64,000 bases of DNA from Patescibacteria group bacterium (GTDB lineage Bacteria > Patescibacteriota > Minisyncoccia > Minisyncoccales > PWPS01), in NCBI GenBank assembly GCA_051745165.1, contig JBNJDU010000002.1, forward strand, positions 5,479-69,478, given 5' to 3'. Below, piece by piece: positions 50,293 through 59,350 of this stretch. Under the pieces are notes generated by a model. The model saw only the letters and a list, made by a program, of their open reading frames with translations. It did no database searches and was not told the origin of the DNA. The position numbers and the translations under genes are program-made. How positions within the stretch are numbered: the first letter of the stretch is position 1; every line of letters begins with the position of its first letter.

Positions 50293-50790
50293 TTAAATAG
50301 CTTCTGGGCATTCATAAGCGTTTCTTCGATTAGCCTCTACAGCAGGATCTAATTGAGTTTCTAAAGCATTACCATTACTATCAATGCAATACCAATGAGT
50401 ATCTCCTTGTTCATTAGCATTAGTGCAAAGTGCAGCCCAGGCTAAATACTTTTGGTTATCAACTTCAACTTGATATGTATTAGGTTCCGCATACCCTAAA
50501 GAATCATGCTTTGCTGCAGCACAAAGTGGAAGCTCACCAGCAATTCTATTCCAGTTCGATGATTCATTATAAGCAGTTACTCCAGTAACATTTCCTCCGT
50601 AAGTACCCCCATTATCATAATAAAACATTTCTGCACTACTTCTTACTTGAGAAAGTTCAGATTTTATTTGTGTATCATAAGCTGACTCCCTTGCTCCGCT
50701 AATTGACACAAAAGCGATACCAGAAAGAATTCCGATAATTGCTACTACAACTAAAAGTTCAATTAATGTAAAACCTTTTTGATTAGTCAT
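50293..50790 (-). CDS. Type IV major pilin (downstream copy)
   Basis: GFTLIELLVVVAIIGIL, WYCIDS. Confidence 0.93.
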   Translation of the reverse strand: MTNQKGFTLIELLVVVAIIGILSGIAFVSISGARESAYDTQIKSELSQVRSSAEMFYYDNGGTYGGNVTGVTAYNESSNWNRIAGELPLCAAAKHDSLGYAEPNTYQVEVDNQKYLAWAALCTNANEQGDTHWYCIDSNGNALETQLDPAVEANRRNAYECPEAI

Positions 50791-50792
50791 TA

Positions 50793-51251
50793 CTATGGAG
50801 TAGTAAATATATTTTCACAACTAGTTTGTGAGTCGTCTGGAGTTCCTTCATACTCACCAGCGTTACCTTCGCTATCTACACAATAATAAACCGTGCTTCC
50901 CTCAGAAGCAGCACAAAGTGGAGCCCAGGCAGCATAGGATTGCCCTTCAATACTTATCTGATATTCCTCAGCAGGATCCGTACCCTCTAATAAAGCTACA
51001 CTACACATTGGAATTTCTCCATAAATTCGGCTCCAGCCATCAGAAGAGTCGTATCCAGCATAAGTACCCCCATTATCATAATAATATTGCTCTGCGTTAC
51101 TTCTTATTTGAGAAAGTTCAGACTGAATTTGTGTATCATAAGCTGACTCCCTTGCTCCGCTAATTGACACAAAAGCGATACCAGAAAGAATTCCGATGAT
51201 TGCTACTACAACTAAAAGTTCAATTAATGTAAAACCTTTTTGATTAGTCAT
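50793..51251 (-). CDS. Type IV major pilin (upstream copy)
   Basis: GFTLIELLVVVAIIGIL, YYCVDS. Confidence 0.93.
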   Translation of the reverse strand: MTNQKGFTLIELLVVVAIIGILSGIAFVSISGARESAYDTQIQSELSQIRSNAEQYYYDNGGTYAGYDSSDGWSRIYGEIPMCSVALLEGTDPAEEYQISIEGQSYAAWAPLCAASEGSTVYYCVDSEGNAGEYEGTPDDSQTSCENIFTTP

Positions 51252-51317
51252 GATTATAATATTAATATTTAATCTTCTTATCTTATAACAGTATACTAAA
51301 ATTTAGTAATGAGTCAA

Positions 51318-52535
51318 TTAAAGACTCATACCAACCTGATAAATTGGCAGCAGAACAGAAATTACTAAGCCGCCAACAACAGCTCCTAAAAGAATAATAA
51401 GAACTGGTTCTGCAATTTTAATATATCGCTGCATGCTTCTGTCAACTTGATCTTGATAAAAGCGGACTATGCTTTTTAAAATCTTTTCCATTTCTCCTGT
51501 TTTTTCACCAACAACTATCATTTGTGTAACTAGATTTGGGAAATACTTTGGATATTGTTGGAGTGAGAAGCTTATATCTTTTCCCTCTTTAACATTCTGT
51601 TGTGTCTCCTCTACAATCTCTTTATACACATTGTTGCTTAAAATATTCTTAGTAACCTCTAAAGATTTAACCATATCAAGACCACTAGAAATTAAAGTAG
51701 CCATGCTTTCAGAAAAATAAGTAATATAAATCTTTTTAGTAAACTTTCCAAAAATTGGAATTTTAAATATCAATCTATCAAAAATATCTTTTCCTTTCTC
51801 CGTCTTAGCAAATCTAAATAAAGCCGCAAAAAAGGCTACAATGGTAAAAAAGGTAGCTACTCCCCAGTTAACAAAGAAATTAGAAAGAGAAATTACAAAT
51901 TGAGTTATCGCTGGGATTTCGGTATCCATATCTTGGATCATTTCAACCATGTCGGGAATAACATAAAACATTAAAAATGCAACCACAAAACTAAAAACAA
52001 AAATAATAAAAAGAGGGTATATCATTGCTCCAATAAGCTGTTTCTTGAAATCGCTCGTTCTTTCAATGTGCTCCTCTAAATAAGAAAGAGACTGGGATAG
52101 ATTACCAGAAGCTTCTCCCGATTCAATTGCTCCGATATAAAACTCTGAAAAAACATCGTTATGTACCTCTAAGGCTTTCGAAAATGGTTCACCTTCTTCA
52201 ACTCTATCTGCTATGTCTTTTACTTTTTCCTTTAATTTTTTGTTTTTTATTTGTTGAGAAAGAATTCTAAGCGACTCAATAATTCCTATTTGCGACTCAA
52301 GCATAATGGATAACTGTCGAGAAAACATAACTAAGTCAGTATCTTTTACACGATCCAAAAAGGGAACATTAAAACTAACCTTTTTCTTATAAAAGGAAAT
52401 ATTCTTTTCATCAATGCGCATAACATAAAGATCCTTTTGCTGCAATTTAAGCAAAGCCTCTCCTTTGGAGTCTGCCTCTACTATTCCTTCTTTATTTTTC
52501 CCATCGTCAGTTTTTGCGTGATATTCAAACTTCAT
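51318..52535 (-). CDS. pilC: Type IV pilus platform protein
   Basis: FSRQLS, GEASGNL, AMIYP, GEKTG. Confidence 0.95.
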   Translation of the reverse strand: MKFEYHAKTDDGKNKEGIVEADSKGEALLKLQQKDLYVMRIDEKNISFYKKKVSFNVPFLDRVKDTDLVMFSRQLSIMLESQIGIIESLRILSQQIKNKKLKEKVKDIADRVEEGEPFSKALEVHNDVFSEFYIGAIESGEASGNLSQSLSYLEEHIERTSDFKKQLIGAMIYPLFIIFVFSFVVAFLMFYVIPDMVEMIQDMDTEIPAITQFVISLSNFFVNWGVATFFTIVAFFAALFRFAKTEKGKDIFDRLIFKIPIFGKFTKKIYITYFSESMATLISSGLDMVKSLEVTKNILSNNVYKEIVEETQQNVKEGKDISFSLQQYPKYFPNLVTQMIVVGEKTGEMEKILKSIVRFYQDQVDRSMQRYIKIAEPVLIILLGAVVGGLVISVLLPIYQVGMSL

Positions 52536-53603
52536 TTAATCAATTAATTTTCTTAAGCTTTTAGGTTTGCTAGAATAAGTAATAGCATCCTCTAGGGTTA
52601 TTTCGTTATTTTTAACCAAGTCACTAAGATATTTATTTAAACTAATCATACCATCTTTGGAGGAAGTTTCTACCGTAATATCCAACTCGTGAATTTTATT
52701 TTCTCTTATTAAATTAGAAATTGCTGAATTATTTTTTAACACCTCACAAGCAGGAATTAAACCTCCTGACTTCCTAGGCAAAAGACGTTGAGAAATAATA
52801 CCTAAAAGTGATGCTGATAATTGAGCTCTAATTTGACCTTGTTGATTAGCTGGGAAACTATCAACTATTCTGTGAATTGTCTGACTTGCTGAATTAGTGT
52901 GAAGCGTTGAAAAAACTAAATGTCCAGTTTCAGCTGCAGTTATTGCTGTTTCAATAGTTTCCGGATCTCTCATCTCACCTACCATTATAACGTCTGGATC
53001 TTGCCTGAAAGAGGACTTTAATGCTTTAGCAAAGGAGTCTGTGTCCTGCCCAACTTCACGCTGATCAATTAAAGCTTTGTCATCATCAAAAATATACTCT
53101 ATCGGATCTTCAATAGTAATAATGTGTTTAAACTGATTTTTATTTATTTCATCAATAAGTGTAGCTAATGTGGTTGATTTACCATGAGAAGTAGGACCCG
53201 TTACTAATACTAACCCCTGACTAGCTCTAGCAAATTCATAAAGGTCTTTTGGTAAATTTAATTCTTCCAGAGTTTTTATCTTAGGAGGAATTCTTCTTAA
53301 TGCACAAGATATATCCTTGCTTTGATTAAAGATATTGACTCGAAACCTATCTCCTCCGTTTTTTTGGTAAGAAAAATCAACTTCTTTTTTCTCAATGAAT
53401 TTTTCTCTTTGCTCTTTAGTGGCAATTTCAAAAGCAATTAATTTAGCTTCCTCAGCATCAATTTTATTCTCCTCTCTTATTTTTTGAAGTTTGCCATTAA
53501 CTCGAACAATAGGATGGTGACCTACTGAAATATGTAAATCAGAAGCTTCTAATTTAGAAGTATAACTTAATAATCTATCTATCTTTTCTTTTATATCAGA
53601 CAT
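52536..53603 (-). CDS. pilT: Pilus retraction ATPase
   Basis: GPTSHGKSTT, RQDPDVIMVGEMRD, AETGHLV. Confidence 0.95.
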   Translation of the reverse strand: MSDIKEKIDRLLSYTSKLEASDLHISVGHHPIVRVNGKLQKIREENKIDAEEAKLIAFEIATKEQREKFIEKKEVDFSYQKNGGDRFRVNIFNQSKDISCALRRIPPKIKTLEELNLPKDLYEFARASQGLVLVTGPTSHGKSTTLATLIDEINKNQFKHIITIEDPIEYIFDDDKALIDQREVGQDTDSFAKALKSSFRQDPDVIMVGEMRDPETIETAITAAETGHLVFSTLHTNSASQTIHRIVDSFPANQQGQIRAQLSASLLGIISQRLLPRKSGGLIPACEVLKNNSAISNLIRENKIHELDITVETSSKDGMISLNKYLSDLVKNNEITLEDAITYSSKPKSLRKLID

Positions 53604-53605
53604 GC

Positions 53606-55369
53606 TTAGTTTTTAGTTTCTTTTTTAGTTTCTTTTGTTGCTTTAAGAACTACTTCAACAGAAGTCTTCCCTTCTAAAGCTTTCAGAATTCCGTCCTGCC
53701 TCATGGTGATCATCCCTTGTTCAAAAGCTTGCTTTTTAATAGGATCCTCTCCTCTATCCTTAAGAATCAGTTTGCTCATTTGATCAGTCATCTCTAAAGC
53801 TTCAAAAATACCAATTCTTCCACTAAAGCCAGTTGATCCACATTTATCACATCCAACCGGTTTGTATATTTTAATATCATTCAAGTCTACACGTTTTCTT
53901 AATTGAGGTGGAAGAGACTCAATTTCTTTTTTGATTACTCTTTCTACTTCTGGTTCTGGTCGTTCTTCTTTCTTACAATTATCGCAAAGTTTCCTAACTA
54001 ACCTTTGAGCAATCGCGGTGTTTAAAGAAGGGGGTACTAAATAAGGTTTTATTCCCATGTCAATTAGTCTCGGGATAACTCCAACTGCATCGTTAGTGTG
54101 GAGGGTAGAAAGGACAATATGTCCGGTCAACGCAGCGTGAACTGCTAATTCAGCAGTTTCCTGATCACGAATTTCACCCACCATAATAATGTCAGGATCT
54201 TGTCTTAATATTTGCCTAAGTCCATTTGAAAAATCATATCCAATTTCATGTTTTATTTGAGACTGATTTACTCCCTCTATAAAATATTCAACTGGATCTT
54301 CTAACGTAACAATATTAACCTCTTCTGTATTTAATACTTTAAGTAACGAGTAAAGTGTGGTAGTTTTACCAGATCCAGTAGGACCCGTTGCCAAAATCAT
54401 TCCTGTTGGCCTATCAATTCCTCGTTGAACAATATTTTCTGTAGACTTTCTCATTCCAAGCTCACTAACACTCATCATTCCTTGATCTGGATCTAAAACT
54501 CTAAGCACTACTTTTTCACCTAATGTAGTGGGCATAGTTGCCACACGAAAATCAATGTTTTTCCCAGCAATTTTTGAAAAAAATCTACCATCTTGCGGCA
54601 ATCTTCGTTCTTCAATTTTTAAATTAGAAAGAATTTTAATTCTAGCTATAACAGCCTGATGGATCTTAATGGGCAGGATTAAAGAAGAGTGTAAAACACC
54701 ATCAATTCGGTATCTTACCTCAAGCTTTTCACGACCCGGTTCTATGTGTATATCTGAAGCACCACCTTCAACTGCTTCTTTTAAAATTACAGAAACAACT
54801 CGTACAATAGGAGCTTCTTCAGCCATCTTTTCAACATCTTCTTCTTTCGCCTTTTCAGCTTCCTCGGCTATTTCCTGCTCCTCCTCTCCCATAGCTCCTA
54901 GAGCAGCTCCAGCTCCTTTTCGCAGATCTCCATACTGATTTAAAATATCATTAAAAGTGGAAAAAGTAATTAGCTTTATATCATATGAGAAGTTACCTCT
55001 TCGTGATAAAAAATGTAAAACTTCTTGAGCTTTTAAATCTTTTGGAAAAACCATTCCAATCTCTATCGTTTTCCCGTTTTTATTAAGAGGGACCATTTTA
55101 TAATGTTTTGCAGAATCTTCTGGAATTAAATTCGCTATATCTGGTAAAATGCTTCCTAGTTTATCTAAATTTACATTTTCCTTAAAAGGAACATTAATAA
55201 TGTCGCTTTTTATTTTAAAAAGCTCATTTTCAGATATGGAGAGGTCTGGGTCATTTAAAATAACATCTTCCTGGCTTTTACCTCCTGACTTTACTCGCTT
55301 TTCTAACTCAGCGTATTTTTGCTGATTTATCACATCTCTTTTTTTTAAGGCCTCTATTAATCCTTTCAT
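53606..55369 (-). CDS. pilB: Pilus assembly ATPase
   Basis: ASDIHIEP, RLPQDGR, GPTGSGKTT, Zn motif. Confidence 0.95.
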   Translation of the reverse strand: MKGLIEALKKRDVINQQKYAELEKRVKSGGKSQEDVILNDPDLSISENELFKIKSDIINVPFKENVNLDKLGSILPDIANLIPEDSAKHYKMVPLNKNGKTIEIGMVFPKDLKAQEVLHFLSRRGNFSYDIKLITFSTFNDILNQYGDLRKGAGAALGAMGEEEQEIAEEAEKAKEEDVEKMAEEAPIVRVVSVILKEAVEGGASDIHIEPGREKLEVRYRIDGVLHSSLILPIKIHQAVIARIKILSNLKIEERRLPQDGRFFSKIAGKNIDFRVATMPTTLGEKVVLRVLDPDQGMMSVSELGMRKSTENIVQRGIDRPTGMILATGPTGSGKTTTLYSLLKVLNTEEVNIVTLEDPVEYFIEGVNQSQIKHEIGYDFSNGLRQILRQDPDIIMVGEIRDQETAELAVHAALTGHIVLSTLHTNDAVGVIPRLIDMGIKPYLVPPSLNTAIAQRLVRKLCDNCKKEERPEPEVERVIKKEIESLPPQLRKRVDLNDIKIYKPVGCDKCGSTGFSGRIGIFEALEMTDQMSKLILKDRGEDPIKKQAFEQGMITMRQDGILKALEGKTSVEVVLKATKETKKETKN

Positions 55370-55435
55370 TTTGTTTTAATAGTATCTTATCTTCTTCTAA
55401 TTTTATTTTTACGGTTGTTCGCCTTATTTTTTTAT

Positions 55436-56359
55436 TTAAATAACCTCTCCGTCTTCAGTCTGGTCTTCAAGGTTTTTAATTAAATTATTGATTCTGTTCT
55501 TAAAATTATTAATATTTTCAACAGTTTCTTCTCCAGTTTCTCCTGCATTAACAACTTCTTCTAATTGTTGAAATTCAGTTTCTAATTCAGAATAAATATT
55601 TTTAGCTTCATTTATTAAGTCTTCCTCAAGAGTTTCTTCTGCTTCTTCAATTTGATCATCAAGCTCAGAAAGGTCATTACCAGCCTCTCTCAAAAGATTT
55701 TCAACTTCCTTTTGTTGCTCATTTTCTAGAGATTGGTTATTTTCAAGGCCATTTCTTACGATATTTATTTCTCCTTGCGCATCTTGCTGCTCAGAGATAT
55801 ATTTATCCATCCCTTCAGTTGCTTGAAATTTTAAAACCTCTCCCTTTCTGTCTCTTTCAAAATTAACTACTGTCTCTCCACTTGTATTTATTATTTTAAA
55901 ATCATTTTCGTCGCTTAAATTACTAAACTTAAGTTCGTACCACCTACCTTCAAAAAAGGTTAAAGTAGGAGCCTTTTCTTCTTCAATTATTTCTGGATAA
56001 ACACCTAACCACTCGTTCTCCTTTAGTTCTAATTCAATATTAAAAATAGCCCACCAATTCTTTAGTTCTCTTTCCTGGGGTATTTCTGGTGATTTAAATG
56101 GATTCGGGTTTCTAATCTGATCCCAGGGTAAAAGAGGCTCATCGCCTTTCTGAAACTTATTTAAATTTTGAAAAGTATAACTATCTAAAAAAGCAAAGTC
56201 TACTTTAGGTGTGTTTTCTAGGCTTGTATCAACTGCCGCCTTATAATTTCCTTTAGTAAAAAATAATTGCCAAACTATAATCCCAGCTATAGATAAAGTT
56301 ATAAATACAACTACGTAAAAATACCGAGAATCACTATTATTTTTATGGTTATTTGTCAT
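55436..56359 (-). CDS. Membrane-anchored hypothetical protein in the PilP position with acidic coiled coil
   Basis: TM segment, NPNPF motif, located after pilO. Confidence 0.65.
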   Translation of the reverse strand: MTNNHKNNSDSRYFYVVVFITLSIAGIIVWQLFFTKGNYKAAVDTSLENTPKVDFAFLDSYTFQNLNKFQKGDEPLLPWDQIRNPNPFKSPEIPQERELKNWWAIFNIELELKENEWLGVYPEIIEEEKAPTLTFFEGRWYELKFSNLSDENDFKIINTSGETVVNFERDRKGEVLKFQATEGMDKYISEQQDAQGEINIVRNGLENNQSLENEQQKEVENLLREAGNDLSELDDQIEEAEETLEEDLINEAKNIYSELETEFQQLEEVVNAGETGEETVENINNFKNRINNLIKNLEDQTEDGEVI

Positions 56360-56360
56360 A

Positions 56361-56885
56361 TTAATAGGAGTATGTTAGTAAAGTTACAGCATAATTAAGT
56401 AGATGCGATTCCTCCTGTCTAGAATTTTCTATATTCAAATTTTTAATACTGATAATCCTAGTAGAACTTTCTAGTTCAGAAATAAAGCTTTTAAAATTAG
56501 GATAGTCTCCTTCTAAATTAAAATTAATTTCTATTTCCTTAATATTTGGTTTATCAGAAAGTTCCGCTACAGAAAAATCTCCTACTCCTTCAATTCTTAC
56601 TCCTGTCTTATAAGAAATTCTTCGTATTTCAGAAAAAAGAGAGGGTACATAATGATCTTCAGGAACTCCGCTATTTATTTTTTTTATTTTATCATTATAA
56701 CCATTATTAAAACTATTAATCATAGTCTTTAGGGATTGATTATAAGCAATCATATTTTCAAGGTCTTGCTCCTTAGCATCAGCTGTTATCATAGACTCCC
56801 TTAAATCTTGATACTCAGGCCAAATGGCAAAAATCATTGTTCCTAAAGAAACAAAGAGGCAAATTGTAGTTATAATAGGTTTCAT
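56361..56885 (-). CDS. pilO: PilO-like alignment protein
   Basis: EGDYPNFKSFISELESSTRII. Confidence 0.85.
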   Translation of the reverse strand: MKPIITTICLFVSLGTMIFAIWPEYQDLRESMITADAKEQDLENMIAYNQSLKTMINSFNNGYNDKIKKINSGVPEDHYVPSLFSEIRRISYKTGVRIEGVGDFSVAELSDKPNIKEIEINFNLEGDYPNFKSFISELESSTRIISIKNLNIENSRQEESHLLNYAVTLLTYSY

Positions 56886-57694
56886 TATGGTTTAAATATA
56901 TTTTGATCTACTTGAATATTAATATTGAAATTAACTCCTAATTCATTATCAGTTTCTGAAATTTCAGCAAGTTCAACTTCTTTAATCGGTTCAATATTTT
57001 GAATCACGCTTACTTCATACCAATCACCCTTTATTAAGTTTCCTTCTGCTCCTAAGCCGTCAAAATGATAATCATCACTATTAATTTCTTGCAAAATAGT
57101 AGCTTCTCGGCTGTCTTTCTCTTCCAAAGAAGCTCTAGTTTGCTGAGTAACAGGGCTTTGGTATAACTCAACAAAATTATTTTTAAATTTAACTTTATCT
57201 TCATCAATTCTTTCTACAGAATCCATTTTTACCCATCCAGTTATCTCTCTATCTAGCTTAAAGTTTTTTAATATAGTGTATTGCTGTTCCAATGCGGTAA
57301 AATCTAAAATTGACCCACTTAATGTTATTTTGCCTTCCTCAGCATTAAGATCAATTGAATTTAAATGAGCTAGCGGGTGTATTGCATTTTCTAGAAAAAG
57401 AAAAAAATTATCTAGATCTCTCCTATTCCAAAATAAATGAGAATAATCATCTATATTTTTTTTATGATTTGCTATTACTTTTTTATTTTTATTAAATTCT
57501 TCCTTATCTTGTAGTCGTACTAATATTTCTTCTCTATTTTTAATTTGGGATTGCATTTCAGAATTCCATTGAGAAATAAGCAAATAGCCACTTATTGAAA
57601 ATAAGAGTAAAATTATAGAGTAATAAAAAAGTACATTAAAAGAATCGGGTAAATCAAAAGATTTTTTATTTTCTGGTTTTATGTCTATTGCCAT
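56885..57694 (-). CDS. pilN: PilN-like alignment protein with internal insertion
   Basis: TM + coiled coil + ITLSG; lies between pilM and pilO. Confidence 0.75.
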   Translation of the reverse strand: MAIDIKPENKKSFDLPDSFNVLFYYSIILLLFSISGYLLISQWNSEMQSQIKNREEILVRLQDKEEFNKNKKVIANHKKNIDDYSHLFWNRRDLDNFFLFLENAIHPLAHLNSIDLNAEEGKITLSGSILDFTALEQQYTILKNFKLDREITGWVKMDSVERIDEDKVKFKNNFVELYQSPVTQQTRASLEEKDSREATILQEINSDDYHFDGLGAEGNLIKGDWYEVSVIQNIEPIKEVELAEISETDNELGVNFNINIQVDQNIFKP

Positions 57695-57699
57695 GCTTT

Positions 57700-58737
57700 T
57701 TATTTTTTAGATCTTAATCCTTCCATCGCCATTCCAATAGACACTGAACATAACGGAGAAAGGTCTTTAATTATTGGTTCTAATACAGATGGATAATTTA
57801 ATTTTCCAAATGGATTAGCAACAACTACAGAAAAAGTAGAAGACAATTCCCTCTTTACTTCTTCAAATTTAATTCCTCCACCAGTTACCAATATTTTATT
57901 AATTTCCTCACCCCTCTCTCTTTCATAACTATCACATACATTTTTAATTTTCTTTGACATTTCTTCAGCAAGCGACTTTCTTATTTTTTGCGGTACTCGT
58001 GAAGCTTTGTCTTTTTCATTTTCATTATAATCAACCTCAGGCAATATAGCAATGTCTTTAGTAAAATCCTTACCTGAAATATCTAAGCTGTGACTATGTT
58101 TAGGGATTTTATCCTCTATTATATTTACTGTTGTAGATTGATCCCCGATATCAACAACTACTATAGTTTCATCTTCTTCTCCAAAAACCCTAGCCAATCC
58201 AAAGGTTTCCGCATCTAATGATCCAACTTCTAATCCGGATTTTTTTGCAATTGATCTATAATTTTTAATAATGTCATTTGGAACCGCAAGCAAAAGAACT
58301 TCTACCATCTCTTCCCCTTCTTTTTTTCTTAATTTTGTTAAATTCCAATCTAAAGTAACCTCATTAAGGGGAAGAGGCACTCTTTGTCGTGCTTGAAATT
58401 GAATAGCAGATTCAACCTCTGATTTTTTCATTTTAGGAACTTCAAAGGATGTAAAGAAACTGCTAAAATCCGGTATAGAAAAAACACTTCTTTTAGTTTT
58501 AATATTTGCTTCTTTTAGTATCGTATTAACAGTATCTGAAATAGCACTAAGAGATGAAGAGAATGCGCCTTCACTTTTAGCTCTTAATTTGCGCCCAGTA
58601 ATATCTTCAATTGATGCTATGCCATAATTCTTTAAAGAAATTTCTTCCCCTTCCTTTGAGAGCTCTATTATTTTAATAGAGGTTGCTCCAATATCAATGC
58701 CCAAACATTTTTTAGGATCTTTTGAAAATAAAGGCAT
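57700..58737 (-). CDS. pilM: PilM actin-like protein
   Basis: LGIDIGATSIKIIEL, VDIG, VTGGG. Confidence 0.93.
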   Translation of the reverse strand: MPLFSKDPKKCLGIDIGATSIKIIELSKEGEEISLKNYGIASIEDITGRKLRAKSEGAFSSSLSAISDTVNTILKEANIKTKRSVFSIPDFSSFFTSFEVPKMKKSEVESAIQFQARQRVPLPLNEVTLDWNLTKLRKKEGEEMVEVLLLAVPNDIIKNYRSIAKKSGLEVGSLDAETFGLARVFGEEDETIVVVDIGDQSTTVNIIEDKIPKHSHSLDISGKDFTKDIAILPEVDYNENEKDKASRVPQKIRKSLAEEMSKKIKNVCDSYERERGEEINKILVTGGGIKFEEVKRELSSTFSVVVANPFGKLNYPSVLEPIIKDLSPLCSVSIGMAMEGLRSKK

Positions 58738-58798
58738 GTAGTAAAATTAACTTCTTATTTTAGTGTAAAGGATATATTTGTTTTGATCAATTTAAATG

Positions 58799-58883
58799 CG
58801 GTGGGGGTGGGATTCGAACCCACGAACCCGTAAGGGTTGGCGGTTTTCAAAACCGCTGCCTTAAGCCACTCGACCACCCCACC
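58799..58883 (-). tRNA. tRNA-Ser(TGA)
   Basis: GCGGT-TTTGAAA-ACCGC anticodon arm. Confidence 0.96.
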
Positions 58884-58890
58884 ATTTTAA

Positions 58891-58970
58891 TTTTGAATTT
58901 TGAATTTTTAATTTCGAATTTTGAATTTTGAATCGAACACAGCAGTCATTCTGAGCGAAGCGAAGAATCT
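58891..58970. repeat. Six TTTTGAA-type heptamers followed by a REP-like hairpin
   Basis: Heptamers at 58891-58932; GTCATTCTGAGCGAAGCGAAGAATCT at 58945-58970. Confidence 0.75.
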
Positions 58971-59037
58971 CTTTATAATAATTCTCAATTATTAATCTTT
59001 AATTATTTTTTATCCTTACCTATTAATATTCTTAATG

Positions 59038-59124
59038 CGGAGAGGGAGGGATTCGAACCCTCGGTACCAATGAAGGTACAACACCTTAGCAGGGTGCCCC
59101 AATCGACCGCTCTGGCACCTCTCC
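59038..59124 (-). tRNA. tRNA-Ser(GCT)
   Basis: GCACC-CTGCTAA-GGTGT anticodon arm. Confidence 0.96.
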
Positions 59125-59212
59125 CTCTTGAAGTTGAGTATAATAAAAAACAAAAATATTTTCAACTAGAAAAAATAAAGATTTATGATAAAATAAATTA
59201 AAAGCTATAAAA

Positions 59213-59285
59213 GCCCTCGTAGTTTAACTGGATAAAACACAAGCTTGCGGAGCTTGCAATAGAGGTTCGAGTCCTCTCGAGGGCA
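59213..59285 (+). tRNA. tRNA-Arg(GCG)
   Basis: CAAGC-TTGCGGA-GCTTG anticodon arm. Confidence 0.93.
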
Positions 59286-59350
59286 CAACATTTTTTACTA
59301 AAAAGAAGTAAAAATAAATATTTTATGGTTAACAACCAATAGTTATTTGC

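Noticed and set aside
50293-51251. DGR template/variable repeat pair in the pilins
   Set aside because: The identity is in the N-terminal constant region, the divergence includes indels and is not adenine-specific, and no reverse transcriptase is seen.
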